DNA from: Stellaceae bacterium
GTDB lineage: Bacteria > Pseudomonadota > Alphaproteobacteria > ATCC43930 > CGMCC-115725
NCBI GenBank assembly: GCA_035491935.1
Contig: DATJJW010000061.1
Coordinates: 1-24,000, forward strand
Direction of reading: 5' to 3'
Length of the DNA stretch: 24,000 bases
Numbering within the stretch: the stretch's first letter is position 1; each line of letters opens with the position of its first letter. The position numbers and the translations under genes are program-made. Below are positions 1 through 6,151 of the stretch, one piece after another. Below the pieces are notes generated by a model. It worked only from the letters and a program-made list of their open reading frames with translations. It had not been told where the DNA came from and searched no databases.

Positions 1-311
1 TGCCCGAATTCGCGGTTGCCAATGTCCATCTGTCCCATGGGCAGATCCTGAACCGGCGGCAGCTCCACCGCATCGCCCGGTTCCTGCCCGGGCATGCGAT
101 GATCATCGGCGACTGCAATATGCTCGGGCCATCGCTGTTGCCGCGCTACAGCGATATCGGGCCCCGGATGGCGACGCACAATGCTGGTCACATCATCCCG
201 TTGCGACTCGACCGATGCTTCGTCCGCGGGCTGACCATCCTGGAGGCGGCGCTCCTGAACAGGGGAACCTCGGACCACCGGCCCATGGCCGTCATCTGCC
301 TCGCCGATTGA
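1..311 (+). CDS. endonuclease/exonuclease/phosphatase (EEP) family protein, C-terminal part (5' end lies outside the window)
   Basis: Frame 3 is open from base 3 (PEFAVANVHLSHGQ...MIIGDCNM...TSDHRPMAV). The 'GDxN' and C-terminal 'SDHxP' motifs are typical of the EEP fold. Stop codon at 309-311. Confidence 0.6.
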   Translation, partial: PEFAVANVHLSHGQILNRRQLHRIARFLPGHAMIIGDCNMLGPSLLPRYSDIGPRMATHNAGHIIPLRLDRCFVRGLTILEAALLNRGTSDHRPMAVICLAD

Positions 312-383
312 GGCTTCCGCGCCTCCCCCTACGGGGATGAAATGCCGCAGCGCGGCCTATCACCTAGGGAGAGGAGAGCGCAG

Positions 384-599
384 ATGCGCAAGGTTGCAGT
401 TCTCGTGGTCGCCGGCCTCATGATTGCCTCCCTGTCCGGCTGTGTCGCCTATCCCGCGCCGGGCTATTACGCCGCGCCGGGATATTATGCGCCAGGGTAT
501 TATGCGCCGGGATACTACGGCTATTACGGCCCGAACGTCGTCGTCGGTGGCGGCTATTGGGGGCATGGTGGCTGGGGTCACGGTGGTTGGCACCATTAG
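384..599 (+). CDS. small lipoprotein with tandem PGYYA and GHGGW repeats
   Basis: ATG at 384 is preceded by GGGAGAGGAG. The product begins MRKVAVLVVAGLMIASLSG|C, a signal peptide plus LSGC lipobox. The mature part is YPAPGYYAAPGYYAPGYYAPGYYGYYG...GGGYWGHGGWGHGGWHH. The ORF track's longer start at 342 adds a non-signal N-terminus. Confidence 0.6.
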   Translation: MRKVAVLVVAGLMIASLSGCVAYPAPGYYAAPGYYAPGYYAPGYYGYYGPNVVVGGGYWGHGGWGHGGWHH

Positions 600-856
600 C
601 CTGATCCGGAAGCGGCCGCGCCAAAGTCTCTGAACGGCGCGGAATCCTTCCGGTGGGCTGGCCATAGGTCGTCTTTTTTCTATTCCTTACGGTACCGCCG
701 CTTCGGCCGTTACGATGGCCGTTGCCACATCCCGTCGCGGGTGCTACCGAGAATGTCCTATAATTCGCCGTCGCGTTGCAATGCGGGCCGTGCGGGACAC
801 ATTGACCTTCCCTCATTGGCATAAGCATAAGCAACGCCAAGGTATCGGAGGGCGCA

Positions 857-1057
857 ATGAAGGACATGGAAAAGCGGACATCAAGTTCCTTTTGGAACAT
901 ATTGCAGCTACTGCCGTTTATCGGGCTGCTCTGGCTGCCCTTCTATAATTTCAAGGGACCGTCGCTCGGCGGGTTCCCGTTCTTCTACTGGTACCAGTTC
1001 GCCTGGGTGCCGGTGACGTCCTTCCTGATCTACCTCGGCTATAGGAAGATGAAATGA
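857..1057 (+). CDS. DUF3311-like small membrane protein (symporter-associated)
   Basis: 66 aa with two hydrophobic helices and an FFYWYQFAW motif. GGAGGG RBS lies before the ATG. Its stop overlaps the start of the downstream symporter (ATGA at 1054-1057), the usual DUF3311 + SSS arrangement. Confidence 0.7.
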   Translation: MKDMEKRTSSSFWNILQLLPFIGLLWLPFYNFKGPSLGGFPFFYWYQFAWVPVTSFLIYLGYRKMK

Positions 1058-2625
1058 GCGCCTCGATCAATGTGACGGCGCTGGCTGTCTTCATCTTCTT
1101 CTTCGTGCTGATCACGGTCCTGGGCTTCGTCGCCGCGCGCTGGCGCCGGGGCGATCTCAATCAGCTCCATGAATGGGGTCTCGGCGGCCGCCGCTTCGGC
1201 ACGATCATCACCTGGTTCCTGGTCGGCGGCGACTTCTATACGGCCTATACCATCATCGCCGTGCCGGCGCTGGTCTATGCGGTCGGCGCCTATGGCTTCT
1301 TCGCCTTGCCCTATACGATCGTCGTCTATCCGCTGGTCTATCAGATCATGCCGCGGCTGTGGGCGGTGTGTCAGAAGCACAGCTATGTGACGGCGGCGGA
1401 TTTCGTCGAAGGTCGCTATGGCAGCTCCTGGCTGGCGCTGGCCGTGGCCCTGACCGGCATGCTCGCCACCATGCCGTATATCGCGCTGCAACTGGTCGGC
1501 ATGCAGGTGGTCATCGCGGCGCTGGGCCTGGGCGGCAGCGGATGGCAGGGCGATATACCGCTGGTCATCGCTTTCGTCATCCTGGCGGTCTACACCTATG
1601 CTTCGGGCCTGCGGGCGCCGGCGATGATCGCCTTCGTCAAGGATATCATGATCTATATCGTGGTGATCGCGGCGATCGCGATCATCCCTTTCAGCCTGGG
1701 TGGCTACGGCGCCGTGTTCGATGCGGCGGACAAGGCGTTCCAGGCCAAGGGCGGCGCCACCGGCCTGCTGCTCCAGCCGGCACAGTTCGTGCCCTTCGCG
1801 ACGCTGGCGCTCGGTTCGGCCTTCGCGGCCTTCATGTATCCCCACACCATGACCGGCGTGCTGTCCTCGTCGAGCGGCGATGTCGTACGCCGCAATGCGA
1901 TGCTGCTGCCGCTCTACACCATCCTGCTGGGCCTGATCGCCCTGCTGGGTTACATGGCGATCGCGGCAGGCATCTCGGTCAAGTCGGCGACCGAGGTGGT
2001 GCCGGCCTTGTTCCTCAAGATCTTCCCGGATTGGTTCGTGGGCTTCAGCTTCGCCGCGATCGCGATCGGCGCCCTGGTGCCGGCCTCGATCATGTCGATC
2101 GGCGCTTCCAACCTGTTCGCGCGCAATGTCTGGCGGACCTTCGTCAACCCGTCGATCTCGCCGGAGAGCGAGGCTTCCATGGCCAAGCTGGTGTCGTTGC
2201 TGGTCAAGTTCGGCGCGCTGGCATTCGTCGTGTGGCTGCCGACGCAATTCGCGATCTACCTGCAGCTGTTGGGCGGCGTCTGGATCATGCAGACCTTCCC
2301 GGCCATCGTCTTCGGCCTCTACAAGACGCGGATGCGTCCGGCGGCGCTGCTGCTCGGCTGGGCGGTCGGCATGGCGGTGGGCACGTGGATGGCCTATGCG
2401 GTCGGGCTGAAGCCGGTCTATCCGCTGGTCATCGGCGGTACGAGCTACAGCGTCTATATCGGTCTGATCGCCGGGGCCTTGAACCTGGCCGTCAGCGTGG
2501 TGGTCACCCTGCTGCTCGCCGCCATCGGCATCGGTGCCGGGCGGGACGATACGCGGCCGGAAGACTTCCATGTGTCGAAGGCCGGCAGTGCGCCGGAGAT
2601 CAATCCCGTGACCGAGGCGTTCTAA
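1054..2625 (+). CDS. sodium:solute symporter (SSS) family transporter
   Basis: 523 aa with about 13 hydrophobic segments. The N-terminal 'GGRRFG...WFLVGGDFYTAYT' motif is typical of SSS proteins. Translationally coupled to the DUF3311 ORF. GC3-rich frame. Confidence 0.85.
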   Translation: MSASINVTALAVFIFFFVLITVLGFVAARWRRGDLNQLHEWGLGGRRFGTIITWFLVGGDFYTAYTIIAVPALVYAVGAYGFFALPYTIVVYPLVYQIMPRLWAVCQKHSYVTAADFVEGRYGSSWLALAVALTGMLATMPYIALQLVGMQVVIAALGLGGSGWQGDIPLVIAFVILAVYTYASGLRAPAMIAFVKDIMIYIVVIAAIAIIPFSLGGYGAVFDAADKAFQAKGGATGLLLQPAQFVPFATLALGSAFAAFMYPHTMTGVLSSSSGDVVRRNAMLLPLYTILLGLIALLGYMAIAAGISVKSATEVVPALFLKIFPDWFVGFSFAAIAIGALVPASIMSIGASNLFARNVWRTFVNPSISPESEASMAKLVSLLVKFGALAFVVWLPTQFAIYLQLLGGVWIMQTFPAIVFGLYKTRMRPAALLLGWAVGMAVGTWMAYAVGLKPVYPLVIGGTSYSVYIGLIAGALNLAVSVVVTLLLAAIGIGAGRDDTRPEDFHVSKAGSAPEINPVTEAF

Positions 2626-2640
2626 ACGCCCGGTAGAGCC

Positions 2641-2690
2641 CTTGCCGGGCAGGTGGCATCCCATCCTGCCCGGCAAGTCGCCTTTTCTCG
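2641..2690 (+). terminator. rho-independent terminator after the symporter gene
   Basis: Perfect 13-bp stem CTTGCCGGGCAGG (2641-2653) / CCTGCCCGGCAAG (2665-2677) with an 11-nt loop, followed by TCGCCTTTTCTCG. Confidence 0.65.
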
Positions 2691-2714
2691 CTCTAAACGT
2701 GTGGGCCGAATCAA

Positions 2715-2745
2715 ATGGCTTTAGGTTGAAATGACCTAAAGCCAT
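2715..2745. other. second perfect stem-loop (12-bp stem) in the long intergenic region
   Basis: ATGGCTTTAGGT (2715-2726), TGAAATG loop, ACCTAAAGCCAT (2734-2745). A T-rich tract follows on the minus-strand reading (TTTGATT). Function unknown. Confidence 0.35.
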
Positions 2746-2926
2746 CTTGATCTGGACTTGCGAGCGCGAAGCCTTCCAATTCCCATCATCCACGATGACG
2801 CCGAGGGCGCGGCCACCAAGGCCTTTCCCGTCAATCCTGCGACACGCCCGTCAATTTATTAAAAATCGTTAACGCCTTCAAATTTCTAGGCTTATCGTCG
2901 AATATTCAGCGCCAATTGTTGCGTTT

Positions 2927-2955
2927 TCAACCATGTGAGCAAACTCCATGGTTGA
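2927..2955. promoter_or_regulatory. inverted repeat TCAACCATG-N11-CATGGTTGA in the AT-rich region upstream of the EBP gene (candidate operator)
   Basis: Perfect 9-bp arms at 2927-2935 and 2947-2955, inside an unusually AT-rich, ORF-free stretch (about 2820-3180). Confidence 0.3.
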
Positions 2956-3200
2956 TAGTTTGATTAAAATGTGGTTAACGTGATGTCCCTGGGAACGCGA
3001 CTATTTGAATGCTGAAATAAATCCAGCCTTCCGAAACCTCGCCGCTGTGTGCGGGAGGAAACTATTTTTCGCGATCTCTGGTCTATGAATTTTGATACGT
3101 CAGCAACGTAGAGCTGTGCGCGCCTTGCGGGTCATTGAAACCGATTTATCGGTAGAGAAAGGACTTTCCCGCCGTTGCGGTGCGATCAGGAGAGGGTGCT

Positions 3201-4367
3201 ATGGTGAATGATAAACGGCGACCGTCGCAATTGTCCGCGGATGATTCGAGCCGTTACATCAAGGAAGCCGTAGCCCGACGTTCTCCACCGCCGCCGACAT
3301 CCGACCCCTCGTTCATCGTCGGCAACAGTCCGCAGATGCTCGAGGTTTTCGACCGCATCAGGCGATTTGCGCCCTATGAATTGCCGGTCCTGATCACTGG
3401 CGAAAGCGGCACGGGCAAGGAACTGGTCGCCAAGGCCATCCACGAACGATCCGGCCGGGCGTCGGGTCCCTTCGTCGCCGTGAATTGCGCCGGCATGCCT
3501 GCCACCCTGATCGCGTCGGAGCTGTTTGGCTATGAGAAGGGGGCCTTCACCGGTGCGCTCGCCCGAAAACGCGGGCTTGTCGAGCAGGCGGCGAATGGCA
3601 CGCTGCTCCTGGACGAGATCGGCGACATGCCCTTCGATCTCCAGGGCCATTTGCTGCGGTTCCTGCAAGAGGAAGAGATCGTCCGCGTCGGCGGCCATGA
3701 ACCGGTCAAGGTGAGCGTCCGCGTGATCGCGGCGACCAACGTCAAGATGGCCGATGCCGTGGCGGCCGGGCGTCTGCGCGAGGATCTGTTCTACCGCCTC
3801 AACGTGCTCAGCCTGCATCTGCCGCCGCTGCGCCTGCGCGCGGGGGACATTCCGATCCTGGTGAATTATTTCCTGGAGACGATCGCGCGCGAACTGCATC
3901 GGCCGAAGCCGCAGATAAGCCCATTGGCCGTCGCCGCGCTGGAAGCCCATCGCTGGCCCGGCAACATACGCGAGCTGATCGCCACGCTGCGTCGTGCCAT
4001 CGTGCTCTGCAACGACGATTTGATCGAGACGGGCGACCTCGGTATGGAATTCGCCGAAGCGCCATCCAGCCAGCCGATCAAGCTCATGCCCGACCGGCCG
4101 CGTCCCGGATCGGAAGAGGAGCGCGCTTTGCTGCTCGATACGCTGGGCGACCACGGGTGGAACATCACGCGCTGCGCGCAAGTGCTCAACGTTTCCCGCG
4201 TGACGCTCTATCGCATGCTCGAGCGCCAAGGTCTCAATGTCAGCGATGAGGGCAAGAGCCCCGGTCTCGCCCGCGGCCGGACCGGCATGCGCCCGGCACC
4301 CATGGGGTTGACGACGCGCGCCGAAGGCAAGCCGTCCTACCCGCTTCTACGCCCCGACGGCATCTGA
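3201..4367 (+). CDS. sigma-54-dependent transcriptional activator (bEBP) with AAA+ and Fis-type HTH domains and no N-terminal sensory/receiver domain
   Basis: ATG at 3201 follows CAGGAGAGGG. Motifs present: Walker A GESGTGKE, the sigma-54 contact loop GYEKGAFTGA, DEIGDM (Walker B), REDLFYRLNV, and C-terminal HTH NITRCAQVLNVSRVTLYRMLERQGL. Only about 45 aa precede the AAA+ core. Confidence 0.9.
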   Translation: MVNDKRRPSQLSADDSSRYIKEAVARRSPPPPTSDPSFIVGNSPQMLEVFDRIRRFAPYELPVLITGESGTGKELVAKAIHERSGRASGPFVAVNCAGMPATLIASELFGYEKGAFTGALARKRGLVEQAANGTLLLDEIGDMPFDLQGHLLRFLQEEEIVRVGGHEPVKVSVRVIAATNVKMADAVAAGRLREDLFYRLNVLSLHLPPLRLRAGDIPILVNYFLETIARELHRPKPQISPLAVAALEAHRWPGNIRELIATLRRAIVLCNDDLIETGDLGMEFAEAPSSQPIKLMPDRPRPGSEEERALLLDTLGDHGWNITRCAQVLNVSRVTLYRMLERQGLNVSDEGKSPGLARGRTGMRPAPMGLTTRAEGKPSYPLLRPDGI

Positions 4368-4392
4368 GCCGCGCTGTATCAGCGGCGTAATG

Positions 4393-4409
4393 GTTAATGT
4401 AAAGTTAAC
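4393..4409. promoter_or_regulatory. candidate upstream activator sequence (GTTAAT-N5-GTTAAC / GTTAA-N7-TTAAC dyad)
   Basis: Dyad GTTAAtgtaaagTTAAC lies about 115 bp upstream of the -24 element, the usual bEBP UAS distance. Related GTTAACG motifs occur at 2868-2873 and 2974-2979, upstream of the EBP gene. Confidence 0.3.
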
Positions 4410-4457
4410 AAGAAAAAATGAACGGCGACACCATGCGCGACATGGAAAAATAACGCT

Positions 4458-4469
4458 TAATGCGTTGAT
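4458..4469 (-). promoter_or_regulatory. IHF-like site between the putative UAS and the sigma-54 promoter
   Basis: The minus strand reads gATCAAcgcaTTA, matching WATCAANNNNTTR except for the first base. It sits in an AT-rich tract about 45 bp upstream of the -24 element. Confidence 0.3.
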
Positions 4470-4510
4470 CCCATTAGAATATCTCCTCGGCGTCACTCTC
4501 CGAAAAGCTC

Positions 4511-4526
4511 TGGCATATCCCTTGCT
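4511..4526 (+). promoter_or_regulatory. sigma-54 (-24/-12) promoter
   Basis: cTGGCATatcccTTGCTa compared with the consensus YTGGCACG-N4-TTGCW. GG and GC have the correct spacing. The site is 83 nt upstream of the ATG at 4609 and immediately downstream of a bEBP gene. Confidence 0.75.
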
Positions 4527-4608
4527 ATTTCCCTTCGAGCGTACTTTGGCGGGTAGGTCACCGGCCGAACAGGACGCCGAACTCAACGGGAGAAATGGGA
4601 GAATCGAT

Positions 4609-5664
4609 ATGCGTAAATTCTTTCTTTTGACGGTGTCTGTGTTCGCTATGACCAGCGTTGCCGCATACGCCGACGAGCATAACGGCGGTAACAATAACGG
4701 CAACAATGGTGGCGACCCCGGCAAGAGCCATACGCCGCCGAGCCTGGAGCAGTACCTCTCGGTCGCGGTCGCGGTGAACTATGCCGATTCGTCTGACAAC
4801 GACCATTCGCTCTCGAACGGCCAGAAGAACTCCGCTCAGATCGGCTCGTCGTTCCAAGGGGCTGAAGGCGTCTCCAACCAGAACCAGAATGCCGGCGCCA
4901 ACAGCGCGCTGCAGAACTCGCTGTCGCTGGCCTATGTCCAGGGCTGCGCCTGCGGCACGACCGTCGGCGGCGGTTCCAAGGATGGTTCGAGCGGTTCGAT
5001 CGGCGATGCGGCGGCCTTTGCCGCGGCCCTGAATTTCGGCTCGATCGAGGAAGCCGGTGGTGTCCATATCGACGACCCGCACAGCTATCATTCGGCGCCG
5101 ACTTCGGCATCGGCGACGATCAACAACGGTGCCTATAACGGCTTCACCGGCGCGGCGCAGGTGAACCAGAATGCCGGTGCCGGCTCGCTGCTGCAAAACG
5201 CCACGGCGCTGGCCTCGGTCAACCCGATCTCCGGCACGATCGACCAGACCAAGGTGGCACTCGGCCTCGCGCTCAATGACGGCTCGGTCACGGACAACGC
5301 GGTTTCCAACGACCAGCACAACACCACGAGCGCCATCGACGGCTCGTTCAACAACATGAAGGGTGTTGCGAACGTCAACCAGAACGCGGCCGCCAACTCG
5401 CTGCTGCAGAATTCGACGGCGATTTCGTCGATCGAATACTGCAACTGCGCGGCGACCGATCTCAGCGCTTCGGCGGCCCTCAGCGCCAATATCGGTAATG
5501 TGAACGACAACAGCTTCAGCGCCACCAATGGCTCGAACGCCACCACGATGAACGGGTCGTTCAACGGCTCGCAGGGCGTGATGCAGATCTCGCAGAACGC
5601 GGGCGCCAACAGCCTGCTGCAAAATGCAGCTTCGGTGGCCGTCATCACGCAAGTCGCGCACTAA
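4609..5664 (+). CDS. secreted Asn/Gln/Gly/Ser/Ala-rich four-repeat protein; candidate major fibre/amyloid subunit (FapC-like architecture)
   Basis: ATG at 4609 follows GGGAGAAATGGGAGA. Signal peptide is MRKFFLLTVSVFAMTSVAAYA|DE. There are four imperfect repeats, each ending GxxGVxxVNQNAGANSLLQNxxA. The protein is 351 aa and almost devoid of charged or aromatic residues. The ORF-track start at 4390 lies upstream of the sigma-54 promoter and was rejected. Confidence 0.8.
   Translation: MRKFFLLTVSVFAMTSVAAYADEHNGGNNNGNNGGDPGKSHTPPSLEQYLSVAVAVNYADSSDNDHSLSNGQKNSAQIGSSFQGAEGVSNQNQNAGANSALQNSLSLAYVQGCACGTTVGGGSKDGSSGSIGDAAAFAAALNFGSIEEAGGVHIDDPHSYHSAPTSASATINNGAYNGFTGAAQVNQNAGAGSLLQNATALASVNPISGTIDQTKVALGLALNDGSVTDNAVSNDQHNTTSAIDGSFNNMKGVANVNQNAAANSLLQNSTAISSIEYCNCAATDLSASAALSANIGNVNDNSFSATNGSNATTMNGSFNGSQGVMQISQNAGANSLLQNAASVAVITQVAH
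4756..5661 (+). repeat. four imperfect ~70-90-aa protein repeats (R1-R4) within the major subunit gene
   Basis: Core motifs: NQNAGANSALQN (DNA 4876-4920), VNQNAGAGSLLQN (5161-5202), VNQNAAANSLLQN (5374-5415) and SQNAGANSLLQN (5587-5628). Each repeat starts with an alternating hydrophobic strand: AVAVAVNYA, AAFAAALNFG, VALGLALNDG, ASAALSANIG. Confidence 0.8.
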
Positions 5665-5695
5665 GTCCGTCTTCGGCTGCATCCCTTCACAGCCA

Positions 5696-5721
5696 CCGGC
5701 CCCTCGATCCCGAGGGGCCGG
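5696..5721 (+). other. perfect GC-rich stem-loop 1 after the major-subunit gene
   Basis: CCGGCCCCTCG-atcc-CGAGGGGCCGG, an 11-bp perfect stem with no U-tract. Confidence 0.5.
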
Positions 5722-5747
5722 GGCCGGAAGAAGGGAAGGCTCCCGCG

Positions 5748-5790
5748 TACCCCGGCGGCTCGGCCGCCGGGGTATCTCTTCCGGTTCTGA
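5748..5790 (+). terminator. stem-loop 2 / candidate partial (attenuating) terminator between the major and minor subunit genes
   Basis: TACCCCGGCGGC-tcg-GCCGCCGGGGTA (12-bp perfect stem, 5748-5774), followed by the pyrimidine/T-rich TCTCTTCCGGTTCT. Confidence 0.45.
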
Positions 5791-5807
5791 GAGAAGGAAT
5801 TGGCGCG

Positions 5808-6128
5808 ATGACGAGAAACATCCGGGTGCTCACCGCCATGGCCGTCGCGGTGGGAATGCTGAAGCTTCCGGTGATTGCTTATGCCGATCCTCTACCTGTT
5901 CCGCCCGTCTCGCTGAGCGATCTGCAAGACAGCGCCGCCAAGGGCCTGCCGGACAATTTGAACTCGGCACAGGTCTCGGCCAATTCCGTGGGCACCAACA
6001 CGGTGACGGGCATCATCAGCAATGCCGGCTCACTCAACAACAATAGCGGGCTGACCACCGTCCTGCAGAATACCGGCAACAATTCGCTGTTCCAGACCTC
6101 GACGGTCATGAACATCACGATCCATTAG
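5808..6128 (+). CDS. small secreted single-repeat paralogue of the major subunit (candidate nucleator/minor subunit)
   Basis: Signal peptide is MTRNIRVLTAMAVAVGMLKLPVIAYA|DP. The mature part ends SLNNNSGLTTVLQNTGNNSLFQTSTVMNITIH, which aligns with SFNGSQGVMQISQNAGANSLLQNAASVAVITQVAH of the major subunit. RBS AGAAGGA. Confidence 0.75.
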   Translation: MTRNIRVLTAMAVAVGMLKLPVIAYADPLPVPPVSLSDLQDSAAKGLPDNLNSAQVSANSVGTNTVTGIISNAGSLNNNSGLTTVLQNTGNNSLFQTSTVMNITIH

Positions 6129-6151
6129 CCGAAGGTTGAGGAGGTAGCGCG

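Noticed and set aside
759-764. Perfect TATAAT hexamer upstream of the DUF3311/symporter pair
   Set aside because: No acceptable -35 element lies 16-18 bp upstream, and a single hexamer is not sufficient evidence. It was not reported as a promoter.
418-900. 160-aa - strand ORF and the 69-101-aa ORFs overlapping the small lipoprotein gene
   Set aside because: These are Arg/Pro-rich shadow frames with no RBS or motifs. The + strand lipoprotein frame has an RBS, a signal peptide and a lipobox.
1039-2793. 584-aa - strand ORF, plus the 487-aa + strand ORF at 1173-2636
   Set aside because: Both are shadow frames of the sodium:solute symporter gene. The composition (R/D/G/H/Q-rich) is typical of non-coding frames in GC-rich DNA.
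2988-3010. Possible second sigma-54 promoter (cTGGGAACGCGACTATTTGAatgc) upstream of the bEBP gene
   Set aside because: The GG is present, but no GC dinucleotide sits at the required 10-bp spacing (CTAT/TATT instead of TTGC), so it does not fit the -24/-12 geometry.
4390-4608. N-terminal extension of the repeat-protein ORF (start at 4390 in the ORF track)
   Set aside because: The extension lies upstream of the sigma-54 promoter (4511-4526), is AT-rich and lacks an RBS. The ATG at 4609 has a strong RBS and yields a canonical signal peptide.
4609-5664. Calling the repeat protein a curlin (CsgA) or an RTX/haemagglutinin-type adhesin
   Set aside because: No csgEFG-type genes, T1SS or TPS partner are present. 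The repeat length (~70-90 aa) and motif differ from the ~22-aa curlin repeat and from GGxGxD RTX nonapeptides. The C39 plus coiled-coil barrel context fits Fap-like systems better.
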